Of a stretch of 64,000 nt of DNA, positions 11,590 to 21,332 are shown piece by piece. The stretch covers positions 72,068-136,067 of the forward strand of contig JAGWWK010000002.1 of NCBI GenBank assembly GCA_018970425.1, written 5' to 3'. Position numbers and translations under genes: made by a program. This DNA comes from Patescibacteria group bacterium. Its GTDB lineage: Bacteria > Patescibacteriota > Minisyncoccia > Phycocordibacterales > Phycocordibacteraceae. The first letter of the stretch is position 1; every line of letters starts with the position of its first letter. Below the pieces are notes generated by a model that was not told the origin of the DNA, searched no databases, and saw nothing but the letters and a program-made list of their open reading frames with translations.

Positions 11590-13356
11590 CTATGCGGCGC
11601 TCATGTCTTGATCTTCAAGTAGATCTTTGCCGAGGGTATTTACTTCTTCAAACGGAATCTCTCCCTTCAGCATTTTAATGATAGCATCCTCACGCATGGT
11701 CATCATGCCTTGTGTGCGCGCGATCTTGTATATTTCGTCTTCAACAGGATGCTCCAGAATTATTTTTTCGAGATCGCGTGATGTCGGTAAGAATTCAAAG
11801 ACGCCAATGCGACCGCGCGTGCCTGACGGGCACGTAGCTGATGGCGCGATGCCGTACACTGTCTCAACCTGCGGGATCCTGCTCGCGTACTGCTTCGGAA
11901 GATCAGCAAATGATTTTGCGATCATGGTCTTGAGCGAGCCCTCAACGGGTATTGGCGTACCAGCATCAGTACAGCGACGACGTACCAAGCGCTGCGCGAT
12001 TGAGAGAATGAGTGTCGGCGCAATGAGGTAGGGGTCGATCCCCATGTCAACGAGGCGCGGGACGATTCCAATCGCATTGTTGGTGTGAAGCGTAGTGAGC
12101 ACTAGGTGGCCGGTAAGCGCCGCCTGCACCGCAAGCTGCGCGGTTTCCTTGTCGCGAATCTCGCCGACCATGATGATGTCCGGGTCCTGACGAAGAATGG
12201 AGCGGAGGCCCGAGGCAAATGTGTATCCGATTTCAGGACGCACCTGCGACTGCGACACACCAGCGACATCGTACTCAACCGGATCTTCAAGTGATACAAC
12301 GTTGAGTCCCTCGCGATCAAGCTCTTGGAGCATCGCGTAGAGTGTCGTCGACTTACCGCTACCTGTCGGACCAGATATGACAATAAGTCCGTACGGTCGG
12401 CGAATGGCAGATCGAATCAGCTCAATGTTGTAATCTTGTAGTCCAAGGTCCGCAAGAGTCAGCTGTTCGTGACTCTTATCGAGAATACGCATCACTACTT
12501 TCTCACCGTGATAGGACGGAAATGTTGAAACACGGAAGTCGATGCGGCGCCTATCAATCGAGGCGGAAAACCGACCGTCTTGCGGCTTTCTGCGCTCATC
12601 GAGCTTGAGGGATGACAGCACCTTGATGCGCGCTGCGACTGAACGTTCGACATTTTTAGGAAGTCGGAGTGATGTGTGAAGAACGCCGTCCACGCGAAAG
12701 CGAACCTTAAGTTCGTTTTCGGACGGCTCAATGTGAATGTCAGAGGCGCGCCCGTCCACCGCGTAGCGCAGGATGGTCGCGACAATCTTTGTGACCGGCG
12801 CGTCTTCTTTGAGCGCGTTCCCTTCCGCGATCTTGTCTTCAATATCAGGGCCGGTCGAGGGAAGCTCCGTCGTCACATCCCCGGGCTCCATCGTAGTCTC
12901 AAGTTCGGAAAGCGCGCGCCCTACCTCTGACGAAATACCCTTGTAGAGTTTTATAACGCGATCAAAGTCCTCTTGAGAAATAAGAAAGACCTTGAAAGGC
13001 ATTCCTTCTTTTGAGGAGATAAAGTTTAGCGCATCCATTGCCTCAAGATTGTCGGGGTCTGTTGTACCAACTTCAAGAACGCCGTCAGCGAGAGCGAGCG
13101 GCACAATGTGGTAGTGTCGCGCCGAGTCCTCGGGAATGTAGCGCAAAACAGTATTCGTAACCCCCGCCTCTTCAATAGAGCGCGTTGGGATTTCAAAGTA
13201 TGCTCCACGCGCTTCTAGAATGTCGCGCGCGGCGAGTCCACGATCAAGGAGCGCTTGTTCGAGTGTCTTCTTTCCTGAACTGACTTCTTCTTTAATCGCG
13301 GCGAGCGCGCCAGAGGGTATGAGACCTCGCTCACTTAAAATGGACAGGACATCCAT
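11590..13356 (-). CDS. pilB: type IV pilus assembly ATPase (GspE/PilB family)
   Basis: 588 aa. N-terminal GspE_N-like domain, Walker A GPTGSGKSTT, and a tetracysteine-less CTD variant. Confidence 0.9.
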   Translation of the reverse strand: MDVLSILSERGLIPSGALAAIKEEVSSGKKTLEQALLDRGLAARDILEARGAYFEIPTRSIEEAGVTNTVLRYIPEDSARHYHIVPLALADGVLEVGTTDPDNLEAMDALNFISSKEGMPFKVFLISQEDFDRVIKLYKGISSEVGRALSELETTMEPGDVTTELPSTGPDIEDKIAEGNALKEDAPVTKIVATILRYAVDGRASDIHIEPSENELKVRFRVDGVLHTSLRLPKNVERSVAARIKVLSSLKLDERRKPQDGRFSASIDRRRIDFRVSTFPSYHGEKVVMRILDKSHEQLTLADLGLQDYNIELIRSAIRRPYGLIVISGPTGSGKSTTLYAMLQELDREGLNVVSLEDPVEYDVAGVSQSQVRPEIGYTFASGLRSILRQDPDIIMVGEIRDKETAQLAVQAALTGHLVLTTLHTNNAIGIVPRLVDMGIDPYLIAPTLILSIAQRLVRRRCTDAGTPIPVEGSLKTMIAKSFADLPKQYASRIPQVETVYGIAPSATCPSGTRGRIGVFEFLPTSRDLEKIILEHPVEDEIYKIARTQGMMTMREDAIIKMLKGEIPFEEVNTLGKDLLEDQDMSAA

Positions 13357-13358
13357 GG

Positions 13359-13673
13359 CTATGGCGCGCGACGCTCTCCTCCGGTAAGCGGCGCAAACGG
13401 ATTTGTCCTGCCGACTGGCTCTGCTACGAGCTCTTGGCCAAAGTCTTTAAGCGCGAGAAAGAGTGGGTCGCTGAAGAGCGACTCATCGAGGCGGATATTT
13501 TTAAGGCTTAAAAGAAGTGTTATGAGTTCCTGATCCTCGGCGGTAACCGCCGCCGTTGCGGTCAGCGCAGGCTCGGAAGGTGGCGCGAAAAAAAGCACGT
13601 ACCCGCCGTACAGAACAGCAATGAGCGCGATGCCGGAGAGAACTGATGAGTACCGTTGTATGAAGTCCATCAT
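13359..13673 (-). CDS. small membrane-anchored protein, pilus locus (PilP position)
   Basis: 104 aa. Single N-terminal TM. Tightly coupled between pilO-like gene and pilB. Confidence 0.4.
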   Translation of the reverse strand: MMDFIQRYSSVLSGIALIAVLYGGYVLFFAPPSEPALTATAAVTAEDQELITLLLSLKNIRLDESLFSDPLFLALKDFGQELVAEPVGRTNPFAPLTGGERRAP

Positions 13674-14224
13674 GGTTTTAGCCAGTAGGTTCGTAAAGAG
13701 ACCGTGAAGTCGTATACGCCAGAGTCGGTGGCACTAAACGAGACTGACTCCACATCAACGAGTCGGAGCGACGTTTCGAGGTCAGCAAGGAACGAGCGGA
13801 ATGTTGCGTACGGACCCGAGACAGTGAAGGATATGCGCATTGATTCGTACAGGCGCTCATCAGGTCCTATTTGTACTTGCCGCTCTGCAGTCGCGCGTGG
13901 ACTGGTCTGCTTTTCAACAAGCACGTTTCGGATACGCATGCTGTACTGTGCCGCAAGTGAGTCCATGTCGAGCGCGAGGCGCACATTGTCTACATGGTCA
14001 GGGAGCATCTTTTCAAGACGCTCAAGGTCTTCCGTTCTGAACGCGCCTTTTCGAGAGATCAGCTGATCACGCACTTCTTGCAGCTCGCGTGCTCGGTCAA
14101 GCGCCAGCCGGAGTGTCGTTTCTTCTTCGCGGAGCGTACGAATCTCTGCATACGTTGGGTCTATGTAGAAGTAGAACGTACCTCCAGCAATGATGAGTGC
14201 AAGAATGGGGATGATGCCTTTCAT
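13670..14224 (-). CDS. PilO-like pilus assembly protein
   Basis: 184 aa. N-terminal TM then coiled-coil-rich periplasmic domain. 4-nt overlaps on both sides. Confidence 0.55.
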   Translation of the reverse strand: MKGIIPILALIIAGGTFYFYIDPTYAEIRTLREEETTLRLALDRARELQEVRDQLISRKGAFRTEDLERLEKMLPDHVDNVRLALDMDSLAAQYSMRIRNVLVEKQTSPRATAERQVQIGPDERLYESMRISFTVSGPYATFRSFLADLETSLRLVDVESVSFSATDSGVYDFTVSLRTYWLKP

Positions 14225-14874
14225 ATGAACGGTTCAGATGGCGCACTCTCACCTGCCCCCGGCTGCGGAGCGGATTGCGTGCGCGGCTCTATAAGGAGTC
14301 CAAACGGGATGCGTGACGGGTCGATCGTTGCAGAAAAGTCAAAGACGACATTTCCCGCAGTATCAAGATTTAAGTTTGAGAACATCGGATCACGAATCAC
14401 TGCGGAGTCGCCGAAAGACTCTGACTGAATAGCCACAGAGTTAAAGCTCCGCGCGCTACCGCTCATGTCTATAACAAATGCGCCTTGCCCCGCCGGCTCA
14501 AAAGAGAATGAGCGGAAGCGCACCGCGCCGCCAGTGCGTGCCTCAAGCTCATCAAATACTAATGAGAGCGCGTGGTGACGACTGAGTAGGGCGCGCGCGG
14601 TCTGGATGCGCGCATCAAGCCGTTGGAGATCCTCAATGGTCGCGGGTTCGAACGCGGCACGCTGACGGTCGAGTGTTACTTTTTTAGATGCGATCGACTG
14701 CTCGGTATATGACTTGAACAAAAAGATACCTCCGGCCGAAACGGCAGTGAGGATAATGATGACGATTCCGACAACATTAAGAAACGCGAACGCGCTCGGA
14801 CCACTTGGCCGCTTTACGCGGTCTTGCATCAGTGACTCTTTGGGAATAAATGAGGCGGTAACGCGCTCGGGCAT
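14221..14874 (-). CDS. PilN-like pilus assembly protein
   Basis: Single TM (FLNVVGIVIIILTAVSAGGIFLF) then periplasmic domain. The ORF as given starts at a TTG at 14907; the ATG at 14874 was chosen. Confidence 0.5.
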   Translation of the reverse strand: MPERVTASFIPKESLMQDRVKRPSGPSAFAFLNVVGIVIIILTAVSAGGIFLFKSYTEQSIASKKVTLDRQRAAFEPATIEDLQRLDARIQTARALLSRHHALSLVFDELEARTGGAVRFRSFSFEPAGQGAFVIDMSGSARSFNSVAIQSESFGDSAVIRDPMFSNLNLDTAGNVVFDFSATIDPSRIPFGLLIEPRTQSAPQPGAGESAPSEPFI

Positions 14875-14945
14875 ACGTGTAGTGTAGCACCGTGTAACGC
14901 ACCACAACGCGCGCGTCGCGTGATGTGTGGAATGTGGAAAGCTTG

Positions 14946-16076
14946 TTACTTGCCGAGCGCGCGAAGCGCAAGTCCAACCGCGGACGCAAACGATGGTCCT
15001 GCGGAGGTCAAAACATCGGTAATGAACGCAGGGGCTTGGACGCGCGAGAACGGCGCACCCACTGACACCGGAGCGTCGAAATAGGTACGCGTGAGCGCGG
15101 TAATATCTTTCATTTGCGCTCCCCCGCCTACCAGTACCACCTTTGAGACCGCCTTCCCAGCTTTGCGCTGGTATGTCATGAGTATGCGGCGTGCTTCAGA
15201 AAAAATAAACTCGAGCGCGGCGCGACCGCTCTCCTCTTCTGTCACTCCCTGAGCTCTCTTGAGTGCCTCGGCTTCCTCAAATGGGATTGATTTTGATTTT
15301 GAGAGCGCGAGCGTGATGTCTTGACCACCGCGGTTGATGGTATGGGATACGCCAATAACTCCGAACTCCACTACATACACACGCGTGGCTGACGCGCCGA
15401 GGTCAATGAGCATCGTAGGCGCGGTGCCATGCTCGTATGATGCGCGTGAAAATGAGAACGGCTCGATCTCAAAGAATGATGGCGTGATGCCCGCGGCTTT
15501 AGCGATAGACTCGAGGCGCGTGAGCGTCTGGCGATGTATTGCGACGAGAAGGATGTCTGTCGCGGTTGTTGACCCGAGAGACGGTGTGCCGAGAAACTTT
15601 ACCTCTTCTTCTGGGATAGCAAACCAGTCGAGTGCGACTTCAGACACCGGTACAGGAATGTACTTGCGCGCCTCAATTGGTACCATCGTCGAAAGTTCAG
15701 ATGTGTCCTTAGTGGGAAGCGTAAGGAGCGTGATGAGTGACGATGCGAGCGGTACTGAAACTCCACCCACCTTCGCGGTCACGTTTGCTTCACGAATAAG
15801 GTCAGTCAGCGCTTCGCCAATTTTCTCGGCCGGCGGAGCGGTGGCTTGGCCTACCTTCGCTGCGGCATATGGCCCAAGCGCTATTTCTCCATACGTTTCA
15901 AGGACTGCCGAGCCGTGCGATTCTCGGAGTTGTACTATTTTTATTGATGATGTGCCAATGTCGATACCTACGACACTACCGCCCTCCGGCGCCCCGAGGA
16001 GTGTCCCGATGCGGGAGAGATATCCGCGCAATTCGCCAAACGAAAACCGCATAGTACTATGAAGCGAGTATACCAT
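14946..16076 (-). CDS. pilM: type IV pilus assembly ATPase-fold protein (actin-like)
   Basis: Actin/HSP70-like phosphate motifs VVGIDIGTSSIK and LIDLGASATRV. ORF runs to 16190, but likely starts at the ATG at 16076 or 16052. Confidence 0.8.
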   Translation of the reverse strand: MVYSLHSTMRFSFGELRGYLSRIGTLLGAPEGGSVVGIDIGTSSIKIVQLRESHGSAVLETYGEIALGPYAAAKVGQATAPPAEKIGEALTDLIREANVTAKVGGVSVPLASSLITLLTLPTKDTSELSTMVPIEARKYIPVPVSEVALDWFAIPEEEVKFLGTPSLGSTTATDILLVAIHRQTLTRLESIAKAAGITPSFFEIEPFSFSRASYEHGTAPTMLIDLGASATRVYVVEFGVIGVSHTINRGGQDITLALSKSKSIPFEEAEALKRAQGVTEEESGRAALEFIFSEARRILMTYQRKAGKAVSKVVLVGGGAQMKDITALTRTYFDAPVSVGAPFSRVQAPAFITDVLTSAGPSFASAVGLALRALGK

Positions 16077-16713
16077 GAGCCGCTCGTTTCTAACGGCGCT
16101 CCTCGACCTCTTCTTGCCTCGGCATGCGCGAGCCCTGCGTGCCCGCGCGATAAATGAAAATGACCTCAGAGCGCTCGTTGCGCCGCGCACTCTCCCGCGC
16201 GCTCCGTGGATCCATGCGCTCCTACCCTATACCGATGAGCGCGTGCGTGCCATCGTACAGTCAGTCAAATACCACCGCGAGCATGAAGTTGCGGCACGCA
16301 TCGCACCACTCCTTGCGAGCGAGCTTACTCACATGCTTCATAGCGCCGCAGCAAGAGATGCTGGGTGGCAAGGCGCTATCATCGTTCCGATCCCTGCTTC
16401 ATCGCGCCGTCTGCGTGAACGCGGGTATGTGCAAGCCGCGCTCTACGCCAGAGCACTCAAGACGCATCTCCCGCACCTTACTGCAAATGAGCGCATACTC
16501 ACTCGTCAAGATCGAGTATCACAGGTGCGCGTCTCCCGCGCAGAGCGTCAGACCCACGTACGCGGCGCGTTCCGCGCCTCGCACGCCGCGCTCGGCGCAT
16601 ATATTGTTCTCATTGACGATGTCGTACAGTCCGGCGCAACACTCATAGATGCGCGTCGTGCACTCCTCGACGAGGGAGCGCGTGGAGTGCTTGCGCTTGC
16701 AGTCGCACACTAG
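16075..16713 (+). CDS. comFC: ComF family phosphoribosyltransferase-domain protein
   Basis: 212 aa. C-terminal PRTase motif VLIDDVVQSGATL. N-terminal Zn-finger absent. Its start codon overlaps the pilM start on the opposite strand (CATG). Confidence 0.7.
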   Translation: MSRSFLTALLDLFLPRHARALRARAINENDLRALVAPRTLPRAPWIHALLPYTDERVRAIVQSVKYHREHEVAARIAPLLASELTHMLHSAAARDAGWQGAIIVPIPASSRRLRERGYVQAALYARALKTHLPHLTANERILTRQDRVSQVRVSRAERQTHVRGAFRASHAALGAYIVLIDDVVQSGATLIDARRALLDEGARGVLALAVAH

Positions 16714-17408
16714 GCGGCGCGATGGCGATGTCGCTCAGAGCGCTCCTCACGCAAGATGCGTCCGTCGTCCATAATAACGACCCGGTCTGCAAGACGCGCA
16801 TACTCTTCCTCGTGAGTCACCATAATGATGGTCTGTCCTGCTTCGTGAAGCTCTAGGAAAGTGTCCATAACCGCTTTCGATGACACATTATCTAGGTTTG
16901 CGGTCGGCTCATCAGCAAAGAGGACTTTGGGCTCGTGCGCCACGGCCCGTGCGATAGACACGCGCTGCTGTTCGCCACCGGAAAGCTGGGAGGGCAAGTT
17001 GTGGAGGCGATGCCCGAGCTGCATACGCTCAAGAGTCTCGGCCGCCTTTGCAAACGCAGCTGTGCGCGAGAGCCCCTGCATAAGGAGCGGGAGCACTACA
17101 TTTTCCGCAGCAGTCAGGTCGGGCATGAGCGCGTAGTCCTGAAACACGTAGCCAAACTTGATGAGCCGAATGCGCGATTTTTGGAGCGGTGTCATGGTTT
17201 CCGTATTCTCGCCATCGATCACGATCTTTCCACTCGTCGGATCATCAAGGAGTGACATCTGATACATGAGTGTCGACTTGCCTGCGCCGCTCTTCCCCAT
17301 AATGGAAATAAAATCGCCGTTTGAAGCGGTAATGTCTATTCCCTTTAAGACTCTCGTCTCTATCGGGCCGTTCACGTACGTTTTGATGAGCTGTGTTACT
17401 TCAATCAT
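16710..17408 (-). CDS. ABC transporter ATP-binding protein (MacB/LolD/FtsE-like)
   Basis: Walker [10 protein letters not shown], signature [14 protein letters not shown], Walker [10 protein letters not shown]-loop. Start at ATG 17408 overlaps the permease stop. Confidence 0.85.
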   Translation of the reverse strand: MIEVTQLIKTYVNGPIETRVLKGIDITASNGDFISIMGKSGAGKSTLMYQMSLLDDPTSGKIVIDGENTETMTPLQKSRIRLIKFGYVFQDYALMPDLTAAENVVLPLLMQGLSRTAAFAKAAETLERMQLGHRLHNLPSQLSGGEQQRVSIARAVAHEPKVLFADEPTANLDNVSSKAVMDTFLELHEAGQTIIMVTHEEEYARLADRVVIMDDGRILREERSERHRHRAA

Positions 17409-17410
17409 AG

Positions 17411-18664
17411 TTAGTTTCTGCCCAGTATCGAGTCGAGCGTGTTGCGACGCACGATCATCCACGCCGGAATAAAGCCCGCGATTATATTGGACACCACGAG
17501 GAGGCCCACGCGGAAGAGGGTCTCACCGTACTCAGCCACCAAAATGCCGTCAGAAAATGGGAAGTCGATCGGGTTTCGCTCAAAGTACGGAACAAGAAAC
17601 GCGTACACCAGTACCAGCCCGATAGCGGACCCAATAATCGCGTAAAATACCGACTGAAACACATACGAGTACTGAATTGCCGCACCGGAGACACCAATCC
17701 CTTTGAGAATCCCAATGAATTTACGCCGCGTGATGGCGTTAATGAAAACGACAATGAAAATGGTAATTGACGCTACCACGAGTCCTATAGATGAAAACGC
17801 TGCGCCCAGCATGCCGAAGGTCGCAATAATATCTTTCAAAAACTTAGGCTGCGCATCTTCAAACGTTTGCACCTTCGCGAAGCGGTCCGCACCCGAGCGG
17901 ATGAGCGCGTCACGCACATCCTCAGGACGCGCTCCGGGCTCGAGCCGTATCGCCACTTGATCAATGTTGCCGTCGGAGCGCCCTATCATACTGCGGTACT
18001 GCGAGTCGACAAAAAATACATTCCGACTTACTTCATCAACTTTCGTTTTTAATATTCCTTTCACGGTAACCTCGCGCGTCACATCGCCCACCACCACACG
18101 CACCTTGGTACCGACACCGACGTTGTCGAGCACCTGGAGGCCCGGGTTTTCAACCGGGAAGTATTGCCGCAGGTTATACGCGCCCATAAGGATCTGGTCG
18201 TAGTCGCCGGGCGAGAGGTATGACCCCTCCACTACAAATTGAGAGAGGTTCGTTACCGAGTTTTCATCGTGCGGATCTATGCCTGTTATTTGTGTCGCTG
18301 CTACGTTCGGCTTCTCCCCCTCTTTTCGCGTACGATAATTTGCCTCAACCGTGCCGCCCTCAATGTAGCGAGCAGAGTACGCCGCGATGCCGGGTATCGT
18401 ATCAACTAAGGCTAACAGGTTCGGGCTATTTTCAATGTACTTCTTGTCATCGAGGTTTGAAATGATAACCTCACCCGTTGACTGCGCACGGAATTGGTTA
18501 ATTGAACCCTGAATGAGTCCTATGAGTATGCCTGACACAACCACGAGGTTTAAGAACGTGAGTACCATCACAAAAATGATGAGCGCAGTGGTCCAAAGAC
18601 TCGCGCGACGGAGCTGCCGCACGGCAAGGAAGAAGCCGATCTTAACGTTGAGCCAGGAGAGCAT
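17411..18664 (-). CDS. ABC transporter permease, FtsX/MacB-like
   Basis: 417 aa. N-terminal TM, large extracytoplasmic domain, three C-terminal TM helices. FtsX-fold topology. Confidence 0.8.
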   Translation of the reverse strand: MLSWLNVKIGFFLAVRQLRRASLWTTALIIFVMVLTFLNLVVVSGILIGLIQGSINQFRAQSTGEVIISNLDDKKYIENSPNLLALVDTIPGIAAYSARYIEGGTVEANYRTRKEGEKPNVAATQITGIDPHDENSVTNLSQFVVEGSYLSPGDYDQILMGAYNLRQYFPVENPGLQVLDNVGVGTKVRVVVGDVTREVTVKGILKTKVDEVSRNVFFVDSQYRSMIGRSDGNIDQVAIRLEPGARPEDVRDALIRSGADRFAKVQTFEDAQPKFLKDIIATFGMLGAAFSSIGLVVASITIFIVVFINAITRRKFIGILKGIGVSGAAIQYSYVFQSVFYAIIGSAIGLVLVYAFLVPYFERNPIDFPFSDGILVAEYGETLFRVGLLVVSNIIAGFIPAWMIVRRNTLDSILGRN

Positions 18665-18665
18665 G

Positions 18666-20219
18666 CTAGTCCACTATAAGGAGATCGCCTACGGAGAGCC
18701 CTGACACTATTTCAATGTCGCCGGTTGAAGAAACAGCGCCCGTTACAACCGTGCGCTCAAGTACCGCCTCGCCGGAGAGTACGCGGACAACCTGCATCCC
18801 CTCACGCTGTACTACCAGGCGCTGCGGAATAGCTATCACATCTTGCTTTTCAAGAGTCGTGATGAGGGCGTTTGCGGTCATACCGCTTCTGATCCGCTCG
18901 TCGGCCTGGGTAAAGACGAGAATAGTTTTATATGTTGGCACGCCATCTTTCAATGTCTCGCCAAGTTCTATCGAGCCGATCTTTGCGTCAAAGCGCACCT
19001 CCGGCCCGTATGAGTCAAATGTTATAACCGCCGGGTCACCAACCTTTATGAGCGAGATGTTTATTTCTGGCACGAATGTTTCTATCTGAAATCCGCCACT
19101 GCCGATGACTGAGATCTGTTGCTCGCCCGGCTGGGCAGTGGCGCCCACCTTAGCGGCAATCTTTGATACCGTACCTGCAAACGGAGCGCGTATCTGTGTC
19201 TTAGAAAACTGTGACGACGCGCTCAGCACATCTGCTTCCGCCGCTTTTACCGATGCCGCCTGTGCGCGAATGTCTTCAGCGCTGGCACCTGCTCGCGTGA
19301 GCGCAAGTTCACGCTCCGCACTGACGAGTCCTGTTTGTGCAGCGGACTGCGCCTTAGACGCTGCGGTGAGTGTCGCAATTGCACTGTTGACTGAGGTGCG
19401 CGCGGTCTGGACAGAGGTCTTGTACGCATCGAGTGTTGCCTGGGGAGTTGCAGTGGTAGGGATTGAAACCGCAAGGAGTGAAGAAATGTCGTTGATGAAT
19501 GAGGTCACCTCTTGGAGGGACACTTGGGCAGACACCGCCGCGCCGACTAAGTCGCTCGACAGAGTGACTGCGGCATTGCGTGTATGCCATGCGGTAAGCA
19601 CTGACTCAACCGTTATGCGGTCACTCTCAACCTGCGACTTCAGCGCTGCGTTACCGGATGAGAATGAAATCTGCGGCGTGAGCGACTTAGGGTTAGAGAA
19701 AAATTGGTCTACAGTCGCATGAATCGCTCCATCTGACACGCCGTAGGCGGACAAGATTGCGTCGGCGAGCGCTTGGTTTGCCGAGGCAAGCGCCGCGCGG
19801 GCGCTTGAGACCGCTGACTCCTTGAGCGAGAGCTCTTCAGGCCGCGCACCACGCACTAGTGCATCAAGCTGAGCCTTTGCGCGATCGAGGGCGGCCTCGC
19901 GCTGAAGGAGTATCGCGGCGGCATCGCCGTTCTCAACCTCAGCAAGGAGTACCCCCTGACCTACCGCTTGTCCTTCCTTAACAAGGACACGCGCAATTCG
20001 TCCGCTCTGTGAAAATCCAAGATCAACCTCATTTGCCGCCTCTACACGACCTGACACGGACACCTGCTGCACAAACGGCTCGCGCGTCACGACGAGCGTG
20101 TTCTCTACTTCAGTACGCGATCCCCAGTATGAGATGCCGATAATGACCGTTGCGAAAAGGGCGACTCCGGAGACAATATACGGCACGTACTTAGAACGCT
20201 GCATCCACGCGGTATTCAT
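18666..20219 (-). CDS. HlyD-family periplasmic adaptor / membrane-fusion protein
   Basis: 517 aa. N-terminal TM, biotinyl/lipoyl-like motifs, long Ala-rich coiled coil, beta-barrel domain at C-terminus. First gene of a three-gene efflux operon. Confidence 0.75.
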   Translation of the reverse strand: MNTAWMQRSKYVPYIVSGVALFATVIIGISYWGSRTEVENTLVVTREPFVQQVSVSGRVEAANEVDLGFSQSGRIARVLVKEGQAVGQGVLLAEVENGDAAAILLQREAALDRAKAQLDALVRGARPEELSLKESAVSSARAALASANQALADAILSAYGVSDGAIHATVDQFFSNPKSLTPQISFSSGNAALKSQVESDRITVESVLTAWHTRNAAVTLSSDLVGAAVSAQVSLQEVTSFINDISSLLAVSIPTTATPQATLDAYKTSVQTARTSVNSAIATLTAASKAQSAAQTGLVSAERELALTRAGASAEDIRAQAASVKAAEADVLSASSQFSKTQIRAPFAGTVSKIAAKVGATAQPGEQQISVIGSGGFQIETFVPEINISLIKVGDPAVITFDSYGPEVRFDAKIGSIELGETLKDGVPTYKTILVFTQADERIRSGMTANALITTLEKQDVIAIPQRLVVQREGMQVVRVLSGEAVLERTVVTGAVSSTGDIEIVSGLSVGDLLIVD

Positions 20220-20243
20220 GCAACTAGTATAGCATCCGCGCTC

Positions 20244-20259
20244 GTGTGACGTGTCACAC
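20244..20259. promoter_or_regulatory. 16-bp palindrome GTGTGAC-GT-GTCACAC upstream of the efflux operon
   Basis: Perfect 7-bp inverted repeat with 2-bp spacer, ~25 nt upstream of the macA-like start. Candidate operator. No adjacent regulator gene. Confidence 0.3.
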
Positions 20260-20426
20260 TCCGCGCCCCTTCCCTACACGAGTTGTGCAACCTACACGGC
20301 ATCGTGTGTATGAACGCCATACTCCTCCGCCACCATAAATACCGTACCGTCAGAATTACAGTTTGTCGTCTATTTATGCATCGCGATGCGTATACGCACA
20401 CTCCTATAAATACAGAGAGGATCTGT

Positions 20427-20993
20427 CTATTGCCTGAGACCCCAGGGGCTTGCGTCGGGGAGGCGCTCGCGACGGGCGAGGTAAAACTGAGAGAATCCGA
20501 ATATCCCGAGCGCGATCACCATCGCGAAGCGGTAGTAGACCCACACATCATACGAGTACATGCGCCACACGAGCTCAGAGCCGAGTGCCGTCAGTATAAA
20601 AAACACACCCCAGCGCAGGGACAGCGTATGCCACCCCTTGTCCGTAATATGAAACATCGTCTGAAACAGCGGCTTCAAGGCGGGGGTGTCGCGTAGATAC
20701 CCTACCCCCATCGCAATACCAAAGAGTGCGTTGTACAGCCCAAATTCGAGCACGACCCAGTACGGGTCTCTTGTCGCGAGTGTCGCTGCGCCCGAGATGA
20801 GGACGAACACACTGGCGATGAGTGAAAAAAGCGGCACGCGGCCATCTCGCCAAAGAGAAAACGCTACCGCGCCCACAGTCGTAAGCATAAGAAGCACGAC
20901 GCCGACAAAAAAATTAAAAACGAGTGCTCCAACAAAAAAAGTGGTCACGGGTCCGAACTCAATAGCAAGCGATACTAGAAACGTTTTAGGCAC
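20427..20993 (-). CDS. YciB-like (intracellular septation protein A family) inner-membrane protein
   Basis: 188 aa, ~5 TM. Segment-by-segment resemblance to E. coli YciB (FFxxAL, WxVxxxxxYNALFG, W.VFFIL blocks). Confidence 0.55.
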   Translation of the reverse strand: MPKTFLVSLAIEFGPVTTFFVGALVFNFFVGVVLLMLTTVGAVAFSLWRDGRVPLFSLIASVFVLISGAATLATRDPYWVVLEFGLYNALFGIAMGVGYLRDTPALKPLFQTMFHITDKGWHTLSLRWGVFFILTALGSELVWRMYSYDVWVYYRFAMVIALGIFGFSQFYLARRERLPDASPWGLRQ

Positions 20994-21118
20994 TCACTAC
21001 ATAGTACATGAGCGGTACTGCGACTTGTGGAGAGATCTGATGCACATCTAACGCAGTGTCGGGCTCGCGCGGAGGGTGGTGCGTATCTACGCCTACGCGT
21101 ACAAGTGGTCACCTGCTC

Positions 21119-21265
21119 CTAGAGCGACGATATAATTTCTACGGCATCGTCTTCATCGATTCCTAACTCATCCACGAGTTCAAGTATCTCCTCGGCAGTC
21201 TGTTCATCGACGCCGTACTCTTCTGAAACCCGGAACACCTCTTCGTACGGCTCTGAAGGATTCAT
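21119..21265 (-). CDS. small acidic protein (48 aa), unannotated in ORF track
   Basis: ATG..TAG frame MNPSEPYEEVFRVSEEYGVDEQTAEEILELVDELGIDEDDAVEIISSL. Strongly acidic. Lies directly downstream of, and co-directional with, the DUF2779-like gene. Confidence 0.3.
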   Translation of the reverse strand: MNPSEPYEEVFRVSEEYGVDEQTAEEILELVDELGIDEDDAVEIISSL

Positions 21266-21332
21266 GCAGTACTTGTATCACGCGTTATATGTACTTACTA
21301 AAGAGATACAACTCCGCTGACACAGAGGAACG

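Noticed and set aside
15334-16062. 242-aa plus-strand ORF antisense to pilM, and similar long antisense frames (e.g. 198..764, 7055..7462, 19105..19722, 28513..29223, 54446..54859, 56665..57213)
   Set aside because: Typical stop-poor antisense frames of GC-rich coding DNA. Each is fully contained in a well-supported gene on the other strand and has biased Ala/Arg/Pro/Ser composition.
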